A DNA stretch of 56,542 nt from an uncultured Gammaproteobacteria bacterium (GCA_964422025.1 CAYQYZ010000008.1:1-56542); one strand, 5' to 3'. Shown: positions 17,798 to 26,349, counted from the stretch's first letter. The notes: generated from the sequence alone by a model not told the origin. Numbers and translations are program-made.

Positions 17798-18319
17798 TTA
17801 TTTTTTACCGCCCCTTCTTTTGCTCTTTATTCCATTACGATAACCCTCCTGATATTTCGTGATTTTTTCGTCAACAATTGCTCTCATGTGAGCAGCAGCC
17901 GCATTTTTTCTACCGTACTTTCCACGTCCATACACCGGTTGTGTATCTGATGATGAAGTGCCTTCCAATGCTGCGCGTGCAAGTCGCTTTCTTTCTCGCT
18001 TACTCAATGTAACTTCTCCAGTCGTTTGAACTCCGGGTATAGCGCTATCATAGAGTGTTCCGTTTTCAGGAGAATCATATGTGTCGCCTGCTATTGCAGA
18101 TTCAGGCAAATCCATGCTGCTCTCTGTAACCACACTAATAGGCAGAGAGTTAGTTCCTTCCATACCTTCATTGCTAGTTCCTTCATCCAAGCCCAGATCT
18201 TTTTCATGAGAGCTCCTGATGTAATCTTGATTTTTTCGGAGCACAGCAGGGCCATCGAGCAATGAGCCATTTTGTCCTGCGTCAGATGGTGGTGTATAAT
18301 CTGAAATAATTTCTGCCAT
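17798..18319 (-). CDS. Hypothetical, probably disordered protein (acidic N-part, basic C-part)
   Basis: 173 aa open frame filling the recJ-aspS gap; rich in S/G/E/D, ends KSKRRGGKK; no recognisable family. Confidence 0.55.
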   Translation of the reverse strand: MAEIISDYTPPSDAGQNGSLLDGPAVLRKNQDYIRSSHEKDLGLDEGTSNEGMEGTNSLPISVVTESSMDLPESAIAGDTYDSPENGTLYDSAIPGVQTTGEVTLSKRERKRLARAALEGTSSSDTQPVYGRGKYGRKNAAAAHMRAIVDEKITKYQEGYRNGIKSKRRGGKK

Positions 18320-18358
18320 AAAAAAACCACATCAACCCTCCTTGCAAGGTTGGTGTGG
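18320..18358 (-). terminator. Intrinsic-terminator-like hairpin plus U7 immediately before the ATG of the 173-aa ORF
   Basis: Minus strand CCACACCAACC-loop-GGTTGATGTGG-TTTTTTT-ATG; 11-bp stem with one C-A mismatch. Confidence 0.6.
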
Positions 18359-18370
18359 GTATGAGAACAT
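18332..18370 (-). CDS. Putative 12-aa leader peptide MFSYPHQPCKEG
   Basis: ATG preceded by GAGG; the TGA stop lies inside the 3' arm of the terminator stem. Short enough to occur by chance. Confidence 0.3.
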   Translation of the reverse strand: MFSYPHQPCKEG

Positions 18371-18385
18371 ATATCCTCGTATCAT

Positions 18386-18414
18386 ATTGTATCATTTACG
18401 CTTGCTATTGTCAA
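18386..18414 (-). promoter_or_regulatory. Near-consensus sigma70 promoter
   Basis: Minus strand TTGACA, 17 nt spacer, TACAAT with extended TG. Confidence 0.75.
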
Positions 18415-18442
18415 CGAAGCCCCCAGCAGCTATAATGGGGGC

Positions 18443-19786
18443 ATGAAAAAACTTTCCATTTCTTCACTTGCTGACAAGGTTGGTCAAGACGTTATACTTT
18501 ACGGCTGGGCATATAGAATCAGAAATCACAAAAAGGTTGTTTTTATTGATCTTCGCGATGTTTCAGGCGATGTGCAAATTGTTGGTGGACCTGAATTGGC
18601 TACGATTAATCCTGAAGATGTAGTTTGTATTAAGGGCTTGGTAAAAGAGCGACCCGCGCACATGGTGAATGAGAAAAGCGCAACAGGTACTATTGAAGTA
18701 GAATGCAAAGAATTCGAAGTTCTTTCCAAAGCACAAACACTTCCTTTTGATTTTGCAAAAGATCAACTCGACGTTACACTTCCCATCCTTCTCGATTATC
18801 GATCGCTCACGCTCCGTCATCCGCATGTTCGATCTATCTTTCAAGTTCAAGAGCAAGTTATGGCAGGTTTTAGAAAAGCCGCCCAAGAACTTGGATGTAC
18901 CGAAGTTTTTGTTCCAACTATTTCTTTCTCATCTACCGAAGGGGGAGCGGAAGTATTCAAAGTAAAATACTACGATCATGAGGCGTTCTTAATTCAAAGT
19001 CCACAGCTGTATAAGCAAATTATGGTGCCCGTTTTTGAGCGCGTGTATTTAGTATCTCATGCATATCGTGCTGAGCCTTCAGTAACGACTCGTCACTTGT
19101 CGGAAGCGACACAGCTTGATTGTGAACTAGGTTTCGTAAACTTTGAAGAATTGCTTGATGCGGTTGAAATGGTAGGACAAACAATATTAAGAAATGTTAC
19201 CGAAAAACATCCAGAAATTCTAATAGAGTTTGGTGTTGAACCGCCAGAAGTAAATGGAAAAGTTCCGCGACTTACATTACGAGAAGCACAACAGATTATT
19301 TTCGAACGAACGGGTCGAGATAATCGGAAAGAACAAGATTTGGAACCGGAAGATGAGAAGGAAATTTGCGTATGGGCTCTTGAAACGCATAAATCCGACC
19401 TCGTTACGATTACCCATTTTCCAACGGCAAAACGCGCATTTTATTCAAAGCCCGATCCCAAAGACCCTGAATATTCATTAAGCTATGACTTACTTTTCCG
19501 AGGAATTGAAATTCTAAGTGGAAGCCAAAGAGTTGATGACTATGATGAACTTGTCTTGGTAATAAAAAGCAGAGGGATGAATCCGGAAGACTTCTATCTG
19601 TATTTACAGGCTTTCAAATACGGCATGCCCCCACATGGTGGTTTTTCATTTGGACTTGAGCGAATGACAATGAAACTGTTAAATTTAGGAAATGTCCGAG
19701 AAGCTTCACTCTTCCCTCGCGACATGGAACGAATTGACGTACGATTAAATGCCACAAAAGATGAAAAAAAAGAAATTAGCTCCTAG
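18443..19786 (+). CDS. aspS: Aspartate--tRNA ligase, short archaeal-type (probably non-discriminating)
   Basis: FIDLRD, QSPQLYKQ, YRAEPS.T.RHLSE, EILSGSQR, FKYGMPPHGGFSFGLER; 447 aa, lacks the bacterial GAD insertion. Confidence 0.92.
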   Translation: MKKLSISSLADKVGQDVILYGWAYRIRNHKKVVFIDLRDVSGDVQIVGGPELATINPEDVVCIKGLVKERPAHMVNEKSATGTIEVECKEFEVLSKAQTLPFDFAKDQLDVTLPILLDYRSLTLRHPHVRSIFQVQEQVMAGFRKAAQELGCTEVFVPTISFSSTEGGAEVFKVKYYDHEAFLIQSPQLYKQIMVPVFERVYLVSHAYRAEPSVTTRHLSEATQLDCELGFVNFEELLDAVEMVGQTILRNVTEKHPEILIEFGVEPPEVNGKVPRLTLREAQQIIFERTGRDNRKEQDLEPEDEKEICVWALETHKSDLVTITHFPTAKRAFYSKPDPKDPEYSLSYDLLFRGIEILSGSQRVDDYDELVLVIKSRGMNPEDFYLYLQAFKYGMPPHGGFSFGLERMTMKLLNLGNVREASLFPRDMERIDVRLNATKDEKKEISS

Positions 19787-20708
19787 CAACATAAAACGAC
19801 GCGTGTGGAATATTGTCATTCTTACACTTTTTTCGACCTTTCTATTATTTTACCCTGGAAATAATTATTACTCACATTTTTTCAGTTACAATCGCGATCT
19901 TTTTGCTGCTCAAAAGAAAATTTCTGAAAAAGAAATTAGGCCAATTGTGTATGTGAAAAATGTAGGAATATTCCCAAATATTTCAGCGCAGGGAGCGTAT
20001 GTAATCGATGCCAATAGTGCAACACCAGTATTGGAGCGAAACAAAGATGCTCATTTTTTCCCCGCCTCCACGGCAAAAATTATTACCGCACTTGTTGCTT
20101 TGGACATATATAAACACACCGATGTTTTAACGGTAAAACGAGTAATTTCAGAAGGGCAAGTTGTCGGGCTTGTACAAGGCGAGCAACTGCGCGTTCAAGA
20201 ATTGCTGTATGGTCTTCTTGTACATTCGGGTAATGATGTTGCATATGTTTTGGCCGATAACTATGGTCCTGGGTACGATGCATTTGTAGAACGAATGAAT
20301 GAAAAAGCTGCTCAACTAAGCATGAATAATTCTCATTTCAATAATCCCGCTGGTCTCGATGATCCACGTCAATATTCCTCGCCATTTGATTTGTCACTAG
20401 CCGGACGGAAATTATTACAAAACGAACTGCTCTCGACAATCGTCTCAACTCCTAGTATTACTATTTCCGATGTAAACTTCGAGCATTTCCACGTGCTTTC
20501 GAATGTTAATAAATTACTCGGAAAAATTCCCGGAATCGGTGGACTCAAAACCGGATATACCGAAGAAGCGGGCGAAAATTTAGTTTCATTTTATAAGCGA
20601 AATGGGCATCAGTTTTTAATTGTCATTATGAAAAGTGATGACCGATTTTATGACACTGAAGCGATTGTTCATTGGATCGACACGAACGTAGGATTTGTTT
20701 CGATTTAA
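19761..20708 (+). CDS. D-alanyl-D-alanine carboxypeptidase (peptidase S11)
   Basis: PASTAKIIT (SxxK), SGND (SxN), NPAGLD, KTGYT motifs; N-terminal anchor. Alternative start 19749. Confidence 0.92.
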   Translation: MKKKKLAPSNIKRRVWNIVILTLFSTFLLFYPGNNYYSHFFSYNRDLFAAQKKISEKEIRPIVYVKNVGIFPNISAQGAYVIDANSATPVLERNKDAHFFPASTAKIITALVALDIYKHTDVLTVKRVISEGQVVGLVQGEQLRVQELLYGLLVHSGNDVAYVLADNYGPGYDAFVERMNEKAAQLSMNNSHFNNPAGLDDPRQYSSPFDLSLAGRKLLQNELLSTIVSTPSITISDVNFEHFHVLSNVNKLLGKIPGIGGLKTGYTEEAGENLVSFYKRNGHQFLIVIMKSDDRFYDTEAIVHWIDTNVGFVSI

Positions 20709-21751
20709 TTTTTTACCGCAGGTACATATGCTGCAAAATTATTGTCTCCTAAGAATACATACACCGGTTGAAAATATGGTTGATACGTATCGGGTTCAAA
20801 ATATCCCAAAAACATTTTTTTGATTTTGATTGGATAACTTTCTCCTCCGGGGGAAACAATTGTTCCGTTTCCGGTGTTAAATTCTGCCCACGCTTCGTCA
20901 CCAGTTTTGAGCGGATAAACGCCCGTATTTGCCTCATCTTTTTCGAAAAATTTAATTTGTGCCTTTAATATTTTCGGGGATAATCCGCTCATACTCATAA
21001 CAACATAATTTTCTGATGTAAAATATTTCGGTGAGACAATGGGATATTCGCCCGCGCCTTCAAGAACATCGGGTCCAAAGAAATCAACTTCAACAACGTT
21101 AGCGTCTTGCGGATCCTTGACTACTTCAAATTCTTTCAAGTCAGTGTTGTAACGCATATACACAATATGCTGTGTTCCTGCTGCCAGCTCGGGTGGATAT
21201 TTTCCGAGTTGCTGTAAATAGCGAATTGCGCGGTCTTTAATAGTCGTTTCATCGGTTATTTGGGGATTTATAAAAGTAAGAGCAGATCGTTCATAAGAGT
21301 ATTTATACGAAAAATTAAAATAGGTAATATCAATACTCAGTCGCTGTGTCCCATCATCAAACACTGCGGTCGTATCTTGCAGTGAGTGAGGAGTTCGCTC
21401 TGTATTAAATCCTGCATTTTTTGCCATAGTGTAAATATTTTGCAAATAGCTAAAACGCGGCGACTTAGGGGGAATGAAAAAAACTTGGGCAGAATCCGTT
21501 GCGCTTATTGGTCGTCCTTCAATATTATCAATCTCGTACGTGCCGCCGACTGGGTAGTCGAGCTTATGCGTAAAAACAGGCGCAGGAAGTGGTCCAAAAG
21601 TCGTATTTAGTACCGTAGTTGTAGGGGCAACTTCAACTGGCGCACGCATTAAAAGCATAATAATAGCGAAAAAAATCAAGAAAAATGCACCACTTAAAAT
21701 AATGAACGGTAGTGACTTGCGGGAATAATAGGATAGCTCGGAAAGCGTCAT
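20705..21751 (-). CDS. Hypothetical membrane-anchored exported protein (C-terminus weakly YycH/YycI-like)
   Basis: 348 aa, one N-terminal TM; C-terminal LGYF...YFQPVYVF pattern. Confidence 0.7.
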   Translation of the reverse strand: MTLSELSYYSRKSLPFIILSGAFFLIFFAIIMLLMRAPVEVAPTTTVLNTTFGPLPAPVFTHKLDYPVGGTYEIDNIEGRPISATDSAQVFFIPPKSPRFSYLQNIYTMAKNAGFNTERTPHSLQDTTAVFDDGTQRLSIDITYFNFSYKYSYERSALTFINPQITDETTIKDRAIRYLQQLGKYPPELAAGTQHIVYMRYNTDLKEFEVVKDPQDANVVEVDFFGPDVLEGAGEYPIVSPKYFTSENYVVMSMSGLSPKILKAQIKFFEKDEANTGVYPLKTGDEAWAEFNTGNGTIVSPGGESYPIKIKKMFLGYFEPDTYQPYFQPVYVFLGDNNFAAYVPAVKN

Positions 21752-21790
21752 AGTTCAAATATACTTATTCCCGTGCTATAATTCAACCAT

Positions 21791-23200
21791 ATGGTACGCA
21801 CAAGAATTCCTCCGTCACCTACGGGAAACGACTTACATATAGGTAATTTATATAGCGCTTTAATAAACTGGGCTTATGCACACAAGCATAACGGCCAATT
21901 TATTGTACGTATTGAGGATACGGATCGCACGCGGTTTGTAGAAGGTGCAGCCGAACAGATCCTTGCAACGCTTCGTGCGTATGACTTGGAGCCTGATGAG
22001 GATATGATCAAAGGCGGACCGTTTGGGCCGTATATTCAGTCGCAGCGGTTAGATTTATACAAAAAATATGCACAGCAACTTATATCTCAAGGAGATGCTT
22101 ATTATTGTTTCTGTAATGAAGATCGACTTAACGAGCTGCGGGAGCAAGCACGGGCCCAAAAGCGCCAGCCAAAATATGATCGCCATTGTTTGAAATTATC
22201 GGCAACCGAGATCCAAGACAAACTTAACGAGAATACTTCTTATGTGATTCGCCTACGAATTCCTGATGGCTCAACTACGTATAAAGATACGATTCGTGGA
22301 GAAATCACTATCGATAATAGCACTCTTGATGACCAAGTTCTTATAAAATCAGACGGATATCCGACATACCACATGGCCGTTGTTGTCGATGATCATTTAA
22401 TGGAAATTTCACATGTTATTCGAGCGGAAGAGTGGATGGCATCAGTTCCAAAACATGTAATTCTCTATGATATGCTCAAGTGGGAACTCCCAATATTCAC
22501 TCACTTGCCGTTATTGCGAACTCCGGAAAAAGGAAAAATTTCAAAGCGAAAAGGAGCAGTATGGGCTTCGTGGTATTTGGAAGAAGGGTATTTGCGTGAG
22601 GCAGTTCTAAATTATTTAGCACTCATGGCCTGGAGCCATCCGGATCAAAAAGAAATATTCTCACTTGATGAATATATTAAAGTTTTTGATTTGAAAGATA
22701 TAAATCCATCAGCTCCTATTTTTGATGTTGTTAAACTCACCTGGATGAATGGTGAATACATTCGGAAAATGGGACCTGAAGAGTTGAGTAAGAAATTGCT
22801 AGAATTTCACAAGGAAAAATATTCCAAAGAACTTATTGATAAAACAATTCCATTAATCCAAGAAAGAATTAAGACATTAAAAGAATATGATGAATACTGT
22901 AATTTTTTTGTAACAGCTCCGACTGATTATGAGGTTGATTTGGGAAAGTATTCCGACGTGATTTTAAAAACGAACGACGCTCTCAGTCAGCTTTCTGCGT
23001 GGAGTGTTGAGAGTATTGGTCAGGCGATGCTGCAAGTCGCGGTCGACGCCGGTTTAAAAAACAGTGAATATTTTATGGTAATGCGAGTAATAATTACGGG
23101 TAGAAAAATCTCGCCACCGCTCAACGAATCTATGGAATTACTTGGTAAAGAAGAATGTTTAAAACGTCTCCATCCAGTGACGGTTAACGTCAACGGTTAA
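21791..23200 (+). CDS. gltX: Glutamate--tRNA ligase
   Basis: RIPPSPTGNDLHIG (HIGH), RIEDTD, YYCFC, KSDGYPTYH, RAEEW, KISKR (KMSKS). Confidence 0.96.
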   Translation: MVRTRIPPSPTGNDLHIGNLYSALINWAYAHKHNGQFIVRIEDTDRTRFVEGAAEQILATLRAYDLEPDEDMIKGGPFGPYIQSQRLDLYKKYAQQLISQGDAYYCFCNEDRLNELREQARAQKRQPKYDRHCLKLSATEIQDKLNENTSYVIRLRIPDGSTTYKDTIRGEITIDNSTLDDQVLIKSDGYPTYHMAVVVDDHLMEISHVIRAEEWMASVPKHVILYDMLKWELPIFTHLPLLRTPEKGKISKRKGAVWASWYLEEGYLREAVLNYLALMAWSHPDQKEIFSLDEYIKVFDLKDINPSAPIFDVVKLTWMNGEYIRKMGPEELSKKLLEFHKEKYSKELIDKTIPLIQERIKTLKEYDEYCNFFVTAPTDYEVDLGKYSDVILKTNDALSQLSAWSVESIGQAMLQVAVDAGLKNSEYFMVMRVIITGRKISPPLNESMELLGKEECLKRLHPVTVNVNG

Positions 23201-24016
23201 TTCTAAATACACTTTTTTATTTGTTGCTGCTTCAATTTCTTTTCGCGCCATTGATCCAATAACTTTAATTTGTCGACCTTCTAAACCAATAATCATTTTT
23301 TTATATTTATTATCTGTCGTAATAATTTTCGCCTGAATATAAACTAAATTATCATTCCTTTCCTTAATCTCCTCAATTACAACAGTAGTTGTATATGGCA
23401 ATTCGCGACGTAATCGCAAAAAAACTTTTTCTCGAATTAGTTCGCTTAAAAATGTTTTACTATCCATATTCAAAGCAGGGTACACATATTCTTTTGCATC
23501 GACAATTTTGTCGCGTACCGGCAACATTTCAAATACTTTATCAAGTAAAAGACTTAAGTGGTTTTTCTTCAATGCAGAAATGCTAAAAAACGTATCAAAT
23601 TCACTTTCTAAAAATTTATATTGTGGCAAATATTTTCGATCCTCATCTTCTTTGTTATAAACGAGTATTTTTGGTTTATCGATTTTCCGGACAATTCCCA
23701 AAACTTTCGCTTCTTCAAAATCGCGTTTGCGTGTAGGATCTACAATATATAACACCAAATCTACTTCCGACCCTAATCCGTGAATTGTTTGCTGATTAAT
23801 TTTTTTTGACAGGGTGTCAATCGCCTTATTAAAAATTCCCGGGGTGTCCACAAACACAATCTGCCCACGATCATCCTCATATAATGCCTCAATCGGGAAG
23901 CGAGTAGTTTGGGGTTTTGGGGAGGTGATTGCAACTTTTTGACCAATTAAATTGTTTACAAGCGTTGATTTGCCTACATTTGGGCGCCCAATAAGGGCTA
24001 CGGTACCTGATTTCAT
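23159..24016 (-). CDS. era: GTPase Era
   Basis: GRPNVGKSTL, PQTTR, DTPG, NKED, and KH domain with IIG..G..IK.IG..AR. Confidence 0.97.
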   Translation of the reverse strand: MKSGTVALIGRPNVGKSTLVNNLIGQKVAITSPKPQTTRFPIEALYEDDRGQIVFVDTPGIFNKAIDTLSKKINQQTIHGLGSEVDLVLYIVDPTRKRDFEEAKVLGIVRKIDKPKILVYNKEDEDRKYLPQYKFLESEFDTFFSISALKKNHLSLLLDKVFEMLPVRDKIVDAKEYVYPALNMDSKTFLSELIREKVFLRLRRELPYTTTVVIEEIKERNDNLVYIQAKIITTDNKYKKMIIGLEGRQIKVIGSMARKEIEAATNKKVYLELTVDVNRHWMETF

Positions 24017-24096
24017 ACCTCCAAGTATATCATACGCACACTTCTGAAGCTATTTTTGGTAGAATAGGGGGAGTGGACCGCCACTGGCGGACGCAA

Positions 24097-24172
24097 TGGG
24101 GAGTGGTGTAATGGTAACACGCCCGCCTTTGGAGCGGCGCGACTCTAGGTTCGAATCCTAGCTCCCCAGCCA
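24097..24172 (+). tRNA. tRNA-Gln(UUG)
   Basis: Acceptor TGGGGAG/CTCCCCA, G73, encoded CCA, anticodon TTG at 24129-24131, T-arm CTAGG-TTCGAAT-CCTAG. Confidence 0.95.
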
Positions 24173-24213
24173 TTCGACTCACTTCGCTCGCTCATGGCTT
24201 TAGTCGAGTCGAA
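24173..24213 (+). repeat. REP-like hairpin directly after tRNA-Gln
   Basis: IR TTCGACTC (24173-24180) / GAGTCGAA (24206-24213) enclosing ACTTCGCTCGCTCA. Confidence 0.5.
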
Positions 24214-24223
24214 GAAAAAAGAT

Positions 24224-24405
24224 GGGTACGAATTGCAGTTTGTTAGTTCTCAATAAGGGCGGTGATTTTTTGGGAAGAACAAATTGCTTTTGTATGACCC
24301 CTTGTATTAATTACCACCTTCACGTGGATGCTTAAGTTCTCCGTAATAGAATGGATTTGACTCGAAGGGATTCCGCTCCTTATTGACTTGCCTTTCGTAT
24401 TAACC
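24224..24405 (+). ncRNA. Candidate 6S RNA (rod-shaped ~182-nt ncRNA)
   Basis: End-to-end pairing: TACGAA/TTCGTA, GCAG/TTGC, TCAATAAGG/CCTTATTGA, GCGG/CCGC, CAAATT/GATTTG, CCAC/GTGG; G-U pairs favour the + strand; U-rich weak segment at nt 43-48; no credible ORF. Confidence 0.55.
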
Positions 24406-24441
24406 TATAACTAATCTAGTTAATCATTTTTAAAAACATCT

Positions 24442-25728
24442 ATGTTCTCAAAAAAAAATATACTCTCACTTATTCTTGGAGGCCTTTTATATTCAGGCTT
24501 GACACAATCGGCCTCAGCGGTTGCCTCAACAGTCGTTGTAACTCCTGGAGACATGGCAACGAGCTTTGCAGATGTTGTTGCGACGCCAACGAAGTGGTTT
24601 ATATACAATGATGAAACAGACGTTATAGATAATTCACTTGGGTCTTTTGTAAGTGGGCCAGTTGGAGTTCCATTTGGCACAGAGAGCGTGCAGATTCAGG
24701 TACTAGGGACACAGCGACGAAATCTTGCAACATATCAATTTAGTGGCACTCCCCTTGGAGATATTACAGAACTTTCATTTTATACCTACAATCCTTCAGC
24801 TGGAAATCCGGGAAGTATCAATCGTTCAGGCTATTTGAATTTCAATGTTGATTTTAATGGCACAGACACGTGGCAAAGGCGATTGGTTTTTGTACCAAGT
24901 CTTAATGGCACCGTCACACAAAACACGTGGCAGAAATGGGACGCTCTTCAAAGTGGCTCTGCACAATGGCTCTATTCTGGAGCTACGTGGCCTGTAACCG
25001 GGGAGCCTGGAACGACATCGAAGACATGGACGCAGATATTGTCTGATTATCCAGGAATCCGTATTCGAGTAACAGATTCGTTTCTTGGTCTTCGAGTTGG
25101 CGAGCCTTATCCAGACGGATACACTGAGAATCTTGATGGATTTACCTTTGCAACTTCAGCAAAGTCAACAACATTTGATTTTGATGCACTAGCAGAAATA
25201 ACCCCACCAACATCTCAATCTCAATGTAAAAATGATGGATGGAAACTTTTTAATAATCCAGCATTTGTGAGTAAAAAAGCATGTGAAAAATATGTGAAAG
25301 ATCATAAAAAGGACGGGAAAGCAGAAGGTCATCTTAGGATGAGTAATCCAAATCAGCGGATTAAGTTTCATGTTTCTGAGGTAGATGCGAAGAAGGATCA
25401 TTATGAAGTCAATGGATCTAATCATGTTGAATATTGGAATTTTGACTATGCTGGTGGACTCCATTACAAAACAGAAGCGCTTTGTGTATATGTGAATAAA
25501 GAAACAAAGGAAGCTCGCTTCATGTTCCAAATTCCCAGTGGGTTTCCAGGCCTGAGTGGATTGTATATTGTCTCGTATGTCAAAGATGCGATGATAAAGC
25601 ACGGTGCCGAAGTATATGGTCATGCTGCCACATCAAGTGAGGGAACTGCTCGAGCCTGGTGCGAAACTGGTGCTGGATTTAGTCCAACAATGTACAGTAT
25701 TACAAAGGGAGAGCTATCGGTGAAATAA
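24442..25728 (+). CDS. Hypothetical modular secreted protein
   Basis: Signal peptide (…SASA), beta-rich N-domain, central PTSQSQCKNDGW...ACEKYV Cys pair, C-terminal Cys-containing domain. Confidence 0.75.
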   Translation: MFSKKNILSLILGGLLYSGLTQSASAVASTVVVTPGDMATSFADVVATPTKWFIYNDETDVIDNSLGSFVSGPVGVPFGTESVQIQVLGTQRRNLATYQFSGTPLGDITELSFYTYNPSAGNPGSINRSGYLNFNVDFNGTDTWQRRLVFVPSLNGTVTQNTWQKWDALQSGSAQWLYSGATWPVTGEPGTTSKTWTQILSDYPGIRIRVTDSFLGLRVGEPYPDGYTENLDGFTFATSAKSTTFDFDALAEITPPTSQSQCKNDGWKLFNNPAFVSKKACEKYVKDHKKDGKAEGHLRMSNPNQRIKFHVSEVDAKKDHYEVNGSNHVEYWNFDYAGGLHYKTEALCVYVNKETKEARFMFQIPSGFPGLSGLYIVSYVKDAMIKHGAEVYGHAATSSEGTARAWCETGAGFSPTMYSITKGELSVK

Positions 25729-25842
25729 GGTGGATAAGCTTCCGAAATCAGGAATACTGGTTATGACTAAGTATTTCGAGATCTTGTGAGATCAGTGGTC
25801 GTGAAGTAGAGTCGGCTATCACGAAATGTATCAGCCGATCCT

Positions 25843-26349
25843 TCACATCCTTCGGCTATCATACGCCCAGTGAAGCAGGGCTTGTCTTTGCTTTGGTCTG
25901 CATGTCGCGTCGCCCACTGTGCAGTTGTTGTAGACTTGTGAGATATGTCGTTTCATCGCCAACCATCGATTAATTTGCCGATCGTCATCCTGATGTCGTC
26001 TACCCATATAATAACGACAATACCACTGGAACCAACCTCGTGGATCGTCCGGATGTATCCAGCCTTTTTGACGCCATTCTGCAAGCGATTGGCTAGCAGG
26101 AACACCGAAATAATTAATTCTAGGATCTGATTGTTTTGGAGAAAGTTTAGCACCACTAAACCATTTTTTTGGAAACTCTTTAGTACAATCGGTTAAGTAC
26201 TTGCCGCCAAAGACTCCTAAACGCAGCATTTGTTGAGGGGAAAGTTCAGGTATAAATCTAGGATCAAAGTTCTCTCCTACTGGTTCAGTCAAAGTATAAA
26301 TATACTTTTGCTGCATTTTGTCATCAACAATAACCATTTTTGTTTTCAT
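25843..26349 (-). CDS. Conserved hypothetical protein (LGVFGGKY / DPRGWFQWYCRYY family)
   Basis: Trp/Arg/Cys-rich conserved-looking motifs; ORF track start 26388, ATG 26349 preferred. Confidence 0.75.
   Translation of the reverse strand: MKTKMVIVDDKMQQKYIYTLTEPVGENFDPRFIPELSPQQMLRLGVFGGKYLTDCTKEFPKKWFSGAKLSPKQSDPRINYFGVPASQSLAEWRQKGWIHPDDPRGWFQWYCRYYMGRRHQDDDRQINRWLAMKRHISQVYNNCTVGDATCRPKQRQALLHWAYDSRRM

Noticed and set aside
24224-24405. tmRNA, a known riboswitch or a small protein gene
   Set aside because: Too short for tmRNA, with no tRNA-like ends or tag ORF; no riboswitch consensus I recognise; the only ATG-initiated frame (37 aa) has no ribosome-binding or promoter support and looks non-coding.
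25729-25842. Structured ncRNA between convergent genes
   Set aside because: Only short local hairpins (e.g. GATCT/AGATC, TCGGCT/AGCCGA), which are adequately explained as termination or stability elements.
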